Source: Octopus bimaculoides
Lineage: Eukaryota
Assembly (NCBI RefSeq): GCF_001194135.2
Contig: NC_068987.1
Span: forward strand, 100,783,703 to 100,847,702
Reading direction: 5' to 3'
DNA: 64,000 bases
In this document: one piece after another, positions 13,388 through 27,605 of the stretch
How positions within the stretch are numbered: position 1 is the stretch's first letter
How the letters are laid out: the number at the start of each line of letters is the position of its first letter
Notes under the pieces: model-generated
Told to the model about the DNA's origin: nothing
Database searches by the model: none
Seen by the model: the letters and a program-made list of their open reading frames with translations, nothing else
Translations under genes and position numbers: made by a program

Positions 13388-13910
13388 GCACACACACACA
13401 CATATATGCATACATGCATACAGGCATAAGCATATTAAACATATTCTTTTCTTCCAAGACATGATTATTTTATGAATTTATATTGCTCCTCTCGGTACGT
13501 TGCAAATAAATTGGAAGCGATGACTTTTATTATCCACATGGGAATGCATAATATCAGTAAAACGTTTTAAGAATATATCTATTTCAAAGTTTATTCTAAA
13601 ACTAAATTCATAAGTGCTAGCACAAACGCACNNNNNNNNNNNNNNNNNNNNNNNNNNNNNNNNNNNNNNNNNNNNNNNNNNNNNNNNNNNNNNNNNNNNN
13701 NNNNNNNNNNNNNNNNNNNNNNNNNNNNNNNNNNNNNNNNNNNNNNNNNNNNNNNNNNNNNNNNNNNNNNNNNNNNNNNNNNNNNNNNNNNNNNNNNNNN
13801 NNNNNNNNNNNNNNNNNNNNNNNNNNNNNNNNNNNNNNNNNNNNNNNNNNNNNNNNNNNNNNNNNNNNNNNNNNNNNNNNNNNNNNNNNNNNNNNNNNNN
13901 NNNNNNNNNN

Positions 13911-14155
13911 NATATAGAGAGAGAGAGAGAGATAGAGAGAGAGAGTGAGAGAGAGAGAGAAAGAGAGAGAAGTAGAGAGAGATAGAGAAAGAGAGAGAGC
14001 GAGAGAGAGAGAGTGAGAGAGAGAGAGAGAGTGATGCATGTGTGTATGTATTATGACCAATGCAGTTACACATTCAATCAGAATACACACACGCACTAGC
14101 ACAGACACACAGACAGAAATAGCAATATATAGACACCTTCCATATAAATCCCGTT

Positions 14156-14240
<85 letters not shown>
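13911..14240. repeat. (AG)n tract and long (TA)n tract
   Basis: Directly visible; follows an N-gap. Confidence 0.95.
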
Positions 14241-14243
<3 letters not shown>

Positions 14244-17200
14244 CATGTACATTTGTGTGTGCGACTAAATGATTATGTTTGTATTTATATGTGAATACTC
14301 ACTTTCACACGCACGGACATGCACATACGCACAGACATACAGATTAACATACATACACACATACACCGGCATACATACATGAATACACACATGCAGACAT
14401 ATAACCATACACACAAATACAGATATACAAGGAGCGTGATTTTTTGTGTATTTCTCAGTACGTAAAATATGTGCCTAGATCAAACAAAATTATTCCATTA
14501 ACGCCCTATTTTCCAACTATAACATACGTTTTAATATTACATGAAAAACATATGTTCTGTAGATTGGTGGTTAATATTCAGTTTAAATGCTACTAAAATA
14601 AAACAATATGTGTGCATATATGTAGTTATGTATATATGTATATGTGTATGTGTATATATATATACATATATATNNNNNNNNNNNNNNNNNNNNNNNNNNN
14701 NNNNNNNNNNNNNNNNNNNNNNNNNNNNNNNNNNNNNNNNNNNNNNNNNNNNNNNNNNNNNNNNNNNNNNNNNNNNNNNNNNNNNNNNNNNNNNNNNNNN
14801 NNNNNNNNNNNNNNNNNNNNNNNNNNNNNNNNNNNNNNNNNNNNNNNNNNNNNNNNNNNNNNNNNNNNNNNNNNNNNNNNNNNNNNNNNNNNNNNNNNNN
14901 NNNNNNNNNNNNNNNNNNNNNNNTATATATATATATATACTTTTATAAGTATTTCATATACACACACTCTTTCGAATACAGCACATAGAGGTGTGTGTGT
15001 GTGTGTGTGTGTATGACTTTGTCTATGCCTGTGTCTGTTTCTATGTTGTGTGTATGTTTATGTGTGTGTGTGTCTGTGTTTGTGTGTGTGTGTGTGTGTT
15101 CGTGTGTGTGCCTTCGTGCCATTAATCATACGAATCAGAACCAACAAATCTACGGCACATATAACTAATATTTCATGTCGTGTGATCTTTTCAGTTGTTA
15201 GATTTTTAGTGTTTGGTGTAAAATCAATCATGATTTTGCAAATGGCTATGTCGCTGTCTCTTCGCTTGTTGTGCTGCATGCAATTTTATGTCCTATATAT
15301 ATGTGTTATCTTGTTTGGTTCAAAAACTTGCTTCTTCTTATTTGCAAATGACTGCTATTCCCTTATGCGACTTCACTATATTTAAAACGTTTTCGACGAA
15401 TTTATTGAAATTACTGTCACTTTTTTTCTCGGTCTAATATCAGGAAACACATCATCTCCTATGACATTTTACTTGTCCTCGGTGAGGAAGATGGGATAAT
15501 ACTTCGATTCGAGTTTTATCATAACGGTCACTAAAATCTTGTAAATGCTTTTAATTAATGTAGTATAAATATACAAGAAATTAACTTAGCCACACAAGCA
15601 CAAATATGATTTATCCAACGAGCTTCTAAACAGTTTCCATTCATCTAGTTTCGCGTGCAAGTCTTTTAGTAGACTGGAAGCTTTCGGAAAAAAATGTCTG
15701 TTCAATATGTCGTTAACTGGTATCTAAACATGCCCCCTTTCATTCTTAAATATACAGACATGCTGAGCATATATTAGTACAGAAATCTCTATCGCAGTTA
15801 TATGACAACGCAATGAGAGATTACCTGTTATATAAATGGTAATGTTATGAATCGTTGCAAAATTATTCTGCGGTAAAAATATGAAGATTTATTAATTTTG
15901 AACTACTTCAACGCAACAATTGTATGGGTAAAATTTCTTAAAAAATGTACATGTTTTAGCGACTTGTATTTCCTTGAAACTGTTAACCACACATAACCAT
16001 ACTTAAATAATCACATTCCGTCACAGACACACACACCAGGACATGTTAACTGGTATCAATTTATACTTTAGTTTAAAAAAGAACCGAAAGGGTGGTTGTT
16101 TCTTCAATGTACACTCAACCTTACTCTCCCACCAATGAATCATGGAGCCACTCCATTCCCTCACACTTCAGCGGTTGTTGTTTCTTTCTAATAGCTGGCT
16201 ACATATACTCTCCACCTAGCACAGATACAAATATCGGCATTCCACTGTCTTTCATATAATTTCTAAAATATCGCACAGACTGTTTTACTAACTTGGCCGT
16301 TCCATAGAAGCAGCCATTAGAAATGTTATCCCAATTATGTTTTCTTTCAGACACACAGTTTTGCAAACTTCGACTAATACAATGAGTGTCTTCAAAGTGT
16401 ATAAACACTTGCTATCATCTTTTGTTTTACATACATACATACATATATACATATATACTGACTTATAAACAAAATGAAAACAATCGTCGCTGTATTCTCA
16501 CTTTGTACAATACAGTTAAGTATGAATATCAGGATGTTCTGTGTTAATCAATTCTTAGCATTCTAAGTATTGGTTTCTCGTGATTTATTGCTGAATTCTA
16601 ATACCCCTGTGGATACGGAACTCCAAAAGGAAATATTTCTAACGACGAAGCAAATTGATGTACTACTGAGTATGATGAGTGTGTAAAACGTGACTGTTAT
16701 GCATTTTCAAAAGCAATTAAGCTTATACGAATATCTAAACTTGTTTTACTAACAACAATTTTTTATGTTCCATTTACTCGTCTCCACAAAGATCTGCATC
16801 GTACATTAATTAAGTTTTATAACTGTTCAATTATCCCCTTATCTATCTTATGGATGTTTCCCCTGTGTAACAGTTTTCTTATTTTATATTCATTTTGACT
16901 TCTCTATTCGTTACCTGCATCTAAATGTAGCATAAATTGTATCTACTGGAACAACTACAGCAAGCAAAGTCGGGGAAATGGAAATTACATGCAAACATCA
17001 ATAGCTCGGTAAGAGTTACGTCACCTTATATTAGGAATTCAATACAGAGAGAAAAATAAAAACAAGTCGGAGATAAAAAGTAGGAAAAACTAAATGCCAT
17101 TCTCTTCCTTTGCAGAGCTTGATCACTTCCAGGAACTTCGTATCCTGCTCCATTTTTAATATTAGGAAATTATAAATATTGCCGAATATAACTTCCTTAT

Positions 17201-17689
17201 CTTATTTGGAATATGAGTGTCTAATACAAACGAGTGTGGTGTTGCTTCCCCCCAGAAGTGTCATTATTTACTTTTGCGTTAATATCTAATATGTTGAAAA
17301 AGATACATGAACTACTGCTAAGATGTAAACATTAAAACAAAAAAAAGAAAAATCTTCTCATCATTCCCTTGGAAATTAATCGATCGGTGCACCGGGATAT
17401 GATAACTCACGTATTCTTTCATGATCTAATAATGTAGCTGTAATTATTTATTTAATTATCGAAATAATTTGAATTATAGAAGGCCTCTCCCTAACTTTGC
17501 TTATACTTTTTACTCATATTTACTAGGAGATATTACATTTGAATTTATTTACTACCTCTATCTCGTTTTATTAATATTTTTGCTGTTACTGATACTATGC
17601 ACCTCTATCAACCTCTTTTAAGCACTATCTTTCAAGCGTTCATTTTTTGCCAATTTCTTATTTATTTATGATCCCTAGCTATAAGGTTT

Positions 17690-17690
<1 letters not shown>

Positions 17691-17754
<64 letters not shown>

Positions 17755-17781
17755 TCGTTATTGTTATTATTACTATTATTA
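17691..17781. repeat. (ACT)n/(ATT)n microsatellite
   Basis: Directly visible. Confidence 0.97.
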
Positions 17782-18266
17782 TAGGAGTTTTGTTTTTATC
17801 ACGTGCTTTCACTGCACTACCAAGCTCAGCTCTGTGTGACTTGAACATGTGCTGTGTTTTGTTTTGGTACTGTTGTTTTCAGTTTATTGAAAGTGCTTTA
17901 AGCATATCTCTATGAAAAAGTCCCCAAAGAAAAGTTGTTTGAGGATGGTGAACGAAACACCGCTGCTTGCAGAAGTGAATCATTCTATCTCGAATATTAT
18001 TCCATTTCGAAATGATTCTTGTTAATACATGGTTGTGATATTCCTCCTGTACTCCTTCTCATGATCAGAGATGCCGATATGATTAGCCGATACAAGACAT
18101 ACACAAATTTCTATGGTCAAGGAATTGACAAGTAAATCAGCAGTATGGAGCAGAATATTTGCTGTAGCCCATTTTTTCCCCAAGATAAAACTTCTACATG
18201 ATAATACGGTCAATCCGTTAAGATCAGAATCCATGATAGCCACTGGTTGGTACTGCATCAGAAGAT

Positions 18267-18278
18267 TTATTATTATTA

Positions 18279-18372
<94 letters not shown>

Positions 18373-18393
18373 TATTACAATTATTACTATTAT
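18267..18393. repeat. (TAT)n-(CAT)n microsatellite at the 3' end of the Dong copy
   Basis: Directly visible. Confidence 0.98.
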
Positions 18394-20723
18394 TTACAGG
18401 TCTTGTTGGAACTCGTGGAGACTTGCAGGCGTAGCGGGTTTACTACCTGCAGCCTACGTTTGTATTAAGCTATGTAGTACTTTCCTGATTAACCTGGCCT
18501 TGTCGAGGAGGCAAAACGTTTGCAATAGTTCTACTCGGCACACCATTTCAAGTTCCTTTATATTCCTATTGATGCATTGTGATATTGTCCTCATGAACAC
18601 AACAATAACGGGCATTATATTCACCTTCTTCATTTTCCATACCGGGCTATTTCATAATTAAGAGGGTTGTATTTATCTACGTTTTAGCCTTCCTACTTGG
18701 CTATTCATTGGCCAAAGGAGCATGCAGCATCAACTATATAACACATGTTGCGCATCTTCTCGAACACCACTAGCTCGGCTTGTTATACTCCTGAATTGTT
18801 TAGATTGGGAAGTCCCAGAGAATTTTGCTAGTCTCCGACCGTGCCAGCCTCTGTGGTTTATGCTCATACGACATCTTTCCTCCCTGTAGACCCCACTTTT
18901 CGCACAATTTTCAATGTACTACTTCGCTAATTGATCATGTCGCCACAACTTGCAGTGATTTTGGGAAAGTCTAGGAGATTCGTTTATGTTATGGGCAATG
19001 GTTCATCTACCCTATTACAGATGCAACACAGCAGAGGCACTGGCTCAATCCAAAGGTTGACCCTCCAGTTTATGGACATAGCTTGGTCTTCTTCAGCCAG
19101 TATAGTGTTCGCGGTCTCCTTTTTTAGTGTTCCCTTCTTCGGCCAATCCCACCTATTTTATCCAGCAACTTCTGTTGTGGCTACATGGAATTGATTAAGC
19201 ATTCCCTTATTGCGTAATTCATTTTGATGTGCTTTTATTAATTCTTCCTTTGTTTTTCCTTTTTTTCCTCTGCTCTTCATACTCTCTCGATTAAGAGCTG
19301 ATCCTTCGTTCCGAGTCTCCTCCTTCGGTACCCTTATTGTACACTGCGCGGTACCCGACTTTTTTCTAAGAGTTTATACAGTTCACCAACAAAAGCACCT
19401 GAGATTAGTTTCCCCATTAACGGAAGACACGTTATTGGTCGAAACTTGGATGGAACATTTCACATTTTAGGTTCCATGGCACGTAATAACGTCTTTACCT
19501 TTGTCATCCAGTTGGGTACCGTGCCTTCCTGAAAGCACTCATCTAGCTGATTCGCTATCATTTCATGGAGCCCTCTCAGAGTTTTCATCCAATAAACTTG
19601 AACCCCATCCAGTCCTGGACTCTCTCAATTTGGGAATTTTCTTAATTGCTTTGTTATCATTTCTGTAGCTATTCTTGTCTTCTTGGTCTTCTATATTTCT
19701 TAACCCATCTTGGATTTCATGCAGCCACTCCGCTTCATCACTTCCCTTTTATGGGTTGGTCCCAGATCCCTCTCCAGAATGCCCTGCTTTTCTCTGCATC
19801 TGGTTTCTTTATTACGTATATTTGCCAATCTCGTTCCTGAGACAGTTCTTTCTTCTCATTTGTTTCCAACAATCTGTTTTGCCTGAATCGTTTAATTCTA
19901 TTGTCATATCTTCCCAGTTTTGCTTTCATTGCTACTATTATTTATCTTAATTCTTTTAATATCACATCATAACCTTTATCTCCTATTTGATATGTTCTTT
20001 CCAGCATTATTCTTATGCTTCGTTTTGCAACCCCCTCAACTCAGTCTATCACATTGTTTTCAATGTCTTTTTAACTTTGTTTCTCACAAATTCGTCTACG
20101 CCAGTATGGTTCGTTACGTTCTGTCTCTTCTTTTCATTGTATCCAATTCTATCTGCAGCAACCATAGCTGCAGCCCAAATACTTTTGTTAGTTTCAGGTA
20201 TATTTCTCGTCTGGAATAGCCCAAGGACCGAACCTATCTTTTCAGTTTCAACTTTGAGCTTGCGTCGATGAATGCAACTCAAATTGGGGAGGTCTTCATG
20301 GTCTTCTCTAATATATCGGCATCTTCACTATATCTTGTTGGCCATCATCGTACTCTTGTGATATAGCTCTTCCCATTACCTCTGTTTCATTTGCTCAGAA
20401 CGCATATACATTTACACTTTGCCCTACGTCGTCACTGTCGCCATTCATTTCTATGTTGTTGCTGGACACGTTATCTGCTGGCGAAATATTATTTCTGTTT
20501 TCAACTTTCCTTTTTGTCTCTTATATTTCCATGATTGGTAACCACCCTTTTGCTCTTATTGCTCTTACTTGGTCGGCTAACCGTTGCTCACTTATTTCGA
20601 AGAGATTTATTTCATTCCCTTTTGCTTTCATGCATTTTCGGAATCCCCTTTTACTGGGTTAACTCCTGATCCAACATTAAATTACTGTTCGGTTTGTCTC
20701 CTTGTCCCACCTTCTTCTCTGTC
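18394..20723 (-). mobile_element. R4/Dong-type LINE, N-terminus to 3' end, with the RT core deleted; pseudogenised
   Basis: Minus strand reads, in order: RRRWDKETNRTV...FEISEQRLADQVRAIR; RYDNRIKRFRQNRLLETNEK; PGLDGVQVYWMK; PSKFRPITCLPLMGKL; KDQLLIER; [deletion near 19255]; KKETANTILAEEDQA; KILWDFP; MKKVNIMPVI...LIRKVL; short 3' UTR; then (TAA)n. Confidence 0.92.
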
Positions 20724-20797
<74 letters not shown>

Positions 20798-20807
20798 NNN
20801 NNNNNNN

Positions 20808-20841
<34 letters not shown>
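20724..20841. repeat. (TAT)n microsatellite at the 5' end of the Dong copy (includes a 10-N gap)
   Basis: Directly visible. Confidence 0.97.
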
Positions 20842-20843
<2 letters not shown>

Positions 20844-21609
20844 GCAATAGAAATTAGTTTATCGTGAATAGCTATTTAGTATATGTTTAAATAATCCACG
20901 AGCTGCCAAAGGTTTGTACATATAAAATTTCTTCCCTTCTACTTACTTCTCATAATCTGTGACAGACCTAAACAAGTTAGGGATGTATCACATTTTATTC
21001 CTTCACAAGGTCAGCTATATCATCTTTTGATTCTTTCCACTAGGACTAATCACACTTCCCAGTGTTTGCCCATGTTTGTGCAAGGATGTGATTTGTTCTC
21101 TCTTTTCAATCAATTAAGCACTGACCGGTCGATTAATGGAATTGCTCAACGAAATTTAAATCTTTCCAGCTACGCATCCGAAACAATGTTTGGGGATCCA
21201 CCACTCGTAGAAGTAAGGCAATAGATAACTTCTGACAGCCAAGAATGAGGCGACCCACTCTACGGAGGCAAATAAGCTCCTAGACAAGCTAGGGCATCCT
21301 ATTGTGCAGAAGCCCTTTTTCAGATGAAACGAGCGTCTGCCGGACCAGCTGCACACTACACAAAATAACAGGTGGCTTCACTTCAATCCATGTGATGTAC
21401 CACTTATCAGGAAAACCAATTTCTTCCAAACTCAGAGGCTCCATTCAGACAGCTATTTGAATCTACTGGAGACTGTGGTCAAGTTCTAACAGGAGATGAA
21501 CACTGTTAGATTAGGCGCCTCGTTAATACCTCCGGAAAGAGTCAGAAATAGTTTTCGAAGAATTTCTACGGTTTGACTAGTCTCAATTTCTCGCCTGCAA
21601 ATTCACTCG

Positions 21610-21795
21610 ACTATAATGCCATGGATTACTATGCAAGGGTAACGGTGGAGAAAGACGCATGCCATTCTGGCCCCAGTGCTAGAGTCCGGGCTGGCGGATA
21701 ACATCTTCCCTGGAACAAAGTGAGGAACGCATATCGCAGGTTCCGGGCAGTTGAGAGTGTGGTGGAAGCTAAGGGTGGATATGATATTTCGATGC
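21610..21795 (+). mobile_element. Tc1/mariner transposase C-terminal relic
   Basis: Across frameshifts it reads MDYYA..TVEKDA...VRNAYRRFRAVESVVEAKGGY, matching the (SPDLNP)MDY.W...RLEAVVEAEGG C-terminus of Tc1/mariner transposases. Confidence 0.7.
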
Positions 21796-21884
21796 ATGCA
21801 AATTGTCACATTTACCCCCAACAATTTGTATATGTGTCTGTGTGCATATATATANNNNNNNNNNNNNNNNNNNNNNNNNNNNNN

Positions 21885-21919
<35 letters not shown>

Positions 21920-22022
21920 GATATATACATACATCTATAAGAATAATCCAGATTCAGTTGAATTGGGTACTTAAGTTGAGGCACCAAGTCAGTCCGATGA
22001 TACCAGACTGACTTGGTGCTAT

Positions 22023-22058
<36 letters not shown>

Positions 22059-23958
22059 GGGTGTATTTGTTTGTGTGTTTACACAGCACAATGAGATAAT
22101 TTATATGTGAAATTCTGGAAATATTTCTGAAGAAACTCAAACTGCTCTATTTTCAGGTTATTAACATAACAAAGCTGGACTTCGCAAATTTTTATTTTAA
22201 TACATTTGTATTCAGTTTGAATGATTATGCTGAAGTTAGACTAATAAAATTTTGGATGACTTATATGGACTGCAAGAATGTTACAAGCTAATTCAGAACA
22301 CGCCTCACTCTCCAGATAGACGAATTATCATTAGGACCAAAACACTGTTATTTTCTCTACACATCGAAAATTTCCGATTTTCATAATGGTTCGGTACAAT
22401 GGAACGTCATTAACGCTTCGTTCATTAATGATTATGTACCTTTGATCTCAACTTCTATCTACACATACAGTCAAATTTATGCTCAAAGTAACACATGACT
22501 GTGAAAGAGTATGCAGATGTATTTATGTGGATGTCTTGAAATGAGTAGATCACAATGATCAAGTCAGTTACATAAATCTGTGAACTAATGTATTAATAAA
22601 TCAATATGTTCAACTCTACATCTGGAAGTACGTTCATATATTGAGTATTTTATTTATCTGGTGACTATACACACATACATATCTGGTGACTATACACACA
22701 TACATACACACGCACGCACACACACACACACGAATACCATATGTACTTATACACACGTATAGGGTATTATAAATACAAACACAGGCATATATGTGTACAC
22801 TCTATACAAACGTGTGCCATACATACATACGTTCACAAACACACATCCAACACGCACACGCACACATACGCCACACACGTATACACAGACCGTCTATGCA
22901 ATCTTCTGCCTTCCGAATAACCTAACTCTTCTATATGTCTCTCCAGCTATCGTCATTTATTTCCTGGCTGTGAAACCACACACGTGACTGTCTCTGCACT
23001 CCGCCTATTCCTCCTTTTTCTCGTCTCTTGACTTTCTTCTTCAATCCGATGGAGGGGCATGCTCAAAATGTCATATTTCTATTCCCGCTTTCCCAGCAAA
23101 ATACCCACTGTGTACGCCCAGCTGATCTCCTCTATTTTTAGCCCTGGGAAGCTGCATTGCATCTTGTCCGCCTATGTGATGGTGGATTTTCATGGATAAA
23201 TTAAATAAGTGTGGTCTATATATATATATATGTATGCATGTATGTATGTATATGTATATATATATGCATACATACATACGTATANNNNNNNNNNNNNNNN
23301 NNNNNNNNNNNNNNNNNNNNNNNNNNNNNNNNNNNNNNNNNNNNNNNNNNNNNNNNNNNNNNNNNNNNNNNNNNNNNNNNNNNNNNNNNNNNNNNNNNNN
23401 NNNNNNNNNNNNNNNNNNNNNNNNNNNNNNNNNNNNNNNNNNNNNNNNNNNNNNNNNNNNNNNNNNNNNNNNNNNNNNNNNNNNNNNNNNNNNNNNNNNN
23501 NNNNNNNNNNNNNNNNNNNNNNNNNNNNNNNNNNNNNNNNNNNNNNNNNNNNNNNNNNNNNNNNNNNNNNNNNNNNNNNNNNNNNNNNNNNNNNNNNNNN
23601 NNNNNNNNNNNNNNNNNNNNNNNNNNNNNNNNNNNNNNNNNNNNNNNNNNNNNNNNNNNNNNNNNNNNNNNNNNNNNNNNNNNNNNNNNNNNNNNNNNNN
23701 NNNNNNNNNNNNNNNNNNNNNNNNNNNNNNNNNNNNNNNNNNNNNNNNNNNNNNNNNNNNNNNNNNNNNNNNNNNNNNNNNNNNNNNNNNNNNNNNNNNN
23801 NNNNNNNNNNNNNNNNNNNNNNNNNNNNNNNNNNNNNNNNNNNNNNNNNNNNNNNNNNNNNNNNNNNNNNNNNNNNNNNNNNNNNNNNNNNNNNNNNNNN
23901 NNNNNNNNNNNNNNNNNNNNNNNNNNNNNNNNNATATATATATATATATATAAATAGG

Positions 23959-23995
<37 letters not shown>

Positions 23996-24309
23996 ATGTG
24001 TGTGTGTGTGTGTTTCTGTCTCTGTTTGTCCCCCATAACATCGCTTGACAACTGATGCCACATACATACTATTCACTTATAAGATGAAGGATAATATCGG
24101 ATAATGTTGCTGCCAATGCTCCATTATATATAAAACATATGGACCGCACACGGCTGAATTTTCATTCTTCAAAGATGCACGGGTTATATCAGCAACAAAT
24201 ATCTCTCCTCATCATCCTTCTCCCCTTCATTCTCATCATCACAAAACTTTGTCACCGTCTCCCTTGTCGTCGTCAGCATCATCATCAACGACAATGCCAT
24301 AAACAACAG

Positions 24310-24480
24310 CAAAAACAAATTTCCACTCAGCGAGCTAATGCGTTAGCCATCGTTATCTGTCAGCCTTCTAGAAATAGCAACCGAACCGCCCTTAAATCAC
24401 ATTCTACCATCTTAGCAAACGATGAAAGACACAGAGTAGTCTTTGATACTGTCAATCATTTCCTTTATAAGATGTACAGT
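24310..24480 (+). mobile_element. SINE fragment
   Basis: AAATAGCAACCGAACCGCCCTTAAATCACATTCTACCATCTT resembles a common cephalopod SINE 3' body (from recall only). Confidence 0.4.
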
Positions 24481-24531
24481 ATGACTGAATATTATTAAAA
24501 ATATATGCGCATACACAAGTACATAGCTATA

Positions 24532-24600
<69 letters not shown>

Positions 24601-25834
24601 GCAGAAAAAGGTACACCTACATATACGTATGCACGTACAAACATATATACATACATACGCACACACAATTCAGGTGACCTGCAGTACTAAACTAGAAAAT
24701 ATTCACTTTCATCTCCGCGGCTCTGCATTTAAATCGCGTTTTGAAATAGATAGCAGTGATTCATAAGGTTTTGCGCATATGTTAGATATACCCAGCATTA
24801 TTTAGATGTCAAAATATAGAAATTTCGCTTATTCGGTGTTCACAATATCATAATCGTTTCTATATTCATGCATTCAACTATTCATATATTTGAACTTACT
24901 TTCAGCAACAAGCTAACTGTACTACCCTGGTGAAAACTATTGCAAAAAAAGACAAGAAAAGAAAATGGTGAAAGGAGTCTAATCGATATANNNNNNNNNN
25001 NNNNNNNNNNNNNNNNNNNNNNNNNNNNNNNNNNNNNNNNNNNNNNNNNNNNNNNNNNNNNNNNNNNNNNNNNNNNNNNNNNNNNNNNNNNNNNNNNNNN
25101 NNNNNNNNNNNNNNNNNNNNNNNNNNNNNNNNNNNNNNNNNNNNNNNNNNNNNNNNNNNNNNNNNNNNNNNNNNNNNNNNNNNNNNNNNNNNNNNNNNNN
25201 NNNNNNNNNNNNNNNNNNNNNNNNNNNNNNNNNNNNNNNNNNNNNNNNNNNNNNNNNNNNNNNNNNNNNNNNNNNNNNNNNNNNNNNNNNNNNNNNNNNN
25301 NNNNNNNNNNNNNNNNNNNNNNNNNNNNNNNNNNNNNNNNNNNNNNNNNNNNNNNNNNNNNNNNNNNNNNNNNNNNNNNNNNNNNNNNNNNNNNNNNNNN
25401 NNNNNNNNNNNNNNNNNNNNNNNNNNNNNNNNNNNNNNNNNNNNNNNNNNNNNNNNNNNNNNNNNNNNNNNNNNNNNNNNNNNNNNNNNNNNNNNNNNNN
25501 NNNNNNNNNNNNNNNNNNNNNNNNNNNNNNNNNNNNNNNNNNNNNNNNNNNNNNNNNNNNNNNNNNNNNNNNNNNNNNNNNNNNNNNNNNNNNNNNNNNN
25601 NNNNNNNNNNNNNNNNNNNNNNNNNNNNNNNNNNNNNNNNNNNNNNNNNNNNNNNNNNNNNNNNNNNNNNNNNNNNNNNNNNNNNNNNNNNNNNNNNNNN
25701 NNNNNNNNNNNNNNNNNNNNNNNNNNNNNNNNNNNNNNNNNNNNNNNNNNNNNNNNNNNNNNNNNNNNNNNNNNNNNNNNNNNNNNNNNNNNNNNNNNNN
25801 NNNNNNNNNNNNNNNNNNNNNNNNNNNNNNNNNA

Positions 25835-25919
25835 TTATTATTATTATCATTATTATTATTATTATTATTAATATTATTATTATTATTATTATTATCATTA
25901 TTATTATTATCATTATTAC

Positions 25920-25964
<45 letters not shown>

Positions 25965-25965
25965 C

Positions 25966-26027
<62 letters not shown>

Positions 26028-26040
26028 CATCATTATTATT
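25835..26040. repeat. Long (ATT)n microsatellite next to an 844-N gap
   Basis: Directly visible. Confidence 0.98.
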
Positions 26041-27417
26041 ATGTGTGTGTGTGTTTGTATGCAAACGTGGTATGTATATATCTATGTATGTATCCATATA
26101 TGTATGTAAGCACGTATGTATTTATATACATGAAACATGATATGTTTTCCTTTAAATAACTACTACGTTTCCTTTACTGCTACTATTGTCTCTTTTAGTC
26201 TATTTGTTGCCATTGATTTTGCTGTTGTTTTTTTCTTACTCTCAAGCTTATTATGTAATTTATATTACTGTAGCGTAATTAATACTTTGCCGTATTCAAT
26301 TCCATCCATTTATAACTGCATCCAAATGCCGCCAAATCTGATTATATTTTCACTTGGAAACAAACGCTATACTTATATACACACGTACAGACCGCTTGCG
26401 CACGCACGCACACATACGCGCGCGCGCACACACACACTCACGCACACACAAATGCGTATACAGGGAAAGACTGATAGAAGGACCGATGGTCGTCACAGGC
26501 ATGTAATTTACTATATCTGAAATCCGATTAACACAAATAGTTCTTTGCTAGCAGCTTCTTTCATTAATTCATTATTCATGCAATATGAAGCTTGTTTTGA
26601 AAAATATATATGTATGATACTGTATACCAAACGTCCGTAGTATTTTTTCATTTATAGCTGTGATTTTTAATCAAATGCAATCTACAATATATGTGATTAC
26701 ATTATTCCTGCATCTTTCATACCGGAAACCACTTTTAGAAATCTACGTAGTAAAATAAAATATAATGCTTATATATATAGATACACTCGTGGAAGTGCTC
26801 TTACTCATGACTATACGTTTTCCTTTGTACTACTAACTCCAAGCTGGCTCACTAAAATAATGCTGACTAAGTCATGCGTCAGTCTTCATTGTGAACTCCG
26901 TCAGCTAATAAACTGGATCACGCTAAATTCCAATTCCCTGACCACAGAGATACCAGGCTTCCTCCGTCATATTTCGAATGTGCGATTTTAAAAGCCAGAG
27001 TGAAATTCTGTTATATCACATACCTTGTCATAAATATATGTACATAATAATGAAATAAATACAGCTGATATAGACATATATTACGGAAGACTAGAATGAA
27101 AACTGATACTATAGATTCGTACGATGCATGCTGACACACAAAACCAATTATGACAAAAAGTTACAAATACTTTTATTTTCAAAATAAAGAAGAAATATAA
27201 TGTAGCGATGAATGCCAAAACAATTAAATGCTTGCGAGCAAGAGTATTTACAGCGAACTACCGGCAAAATTATTTAAATCAATATGTGCAAAAGCTAAAG
27301 AATCAAAAAATAATTTTCTCGTTAAATAGATGCTCATGTTAAGCTCGTGAAAAAATGTCAAAGTCTAATGTTTAGCAACGATTAGCATTTATTGTTTAAT
27401 ACTTAGCATATACTAAT

Positions 27418-27605
27418 ATGGCGAGTTGGCAGAATCGTTAGCAAGCTTGCTAAAATATTTAGCAGCATTTGTGACTCGAACCTCCGCCGAGCTTGACTTT
27501 ACCATTAATAGTTTCGGAGTCGTCAAATAAGCACGAATTAAAAACTAATCGACTTGACTCGCTTTCAAATTTGCCGGTCTCGTGTCAAAATTTGAAATCA
27601 GTATT
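27418..27605 (+). mobile_element. tRNA-derived SINE, degraded
   Basis: TGGCGAGTTGGCAGAATCGTTAGCA...CTCCGCCGAGCTTGACTTTACC...AAATTTGAAA; same family as 29753 and 61791. Confidence 0.85.

Noticed and set aside
15590-15725. Minus-strand open stretch IPVNDILNRHFFPKASSLLKDLHAKLDEWKLFRSSLDK
   Set aside because: No polypyrimidine acceptor, no good donor site and no recognisable family.
21150-21560. Possible CR1/L2 RT relic (EWVASFL..RS)
   Set aside because: Only one weak motif, which is insufficient for a call.
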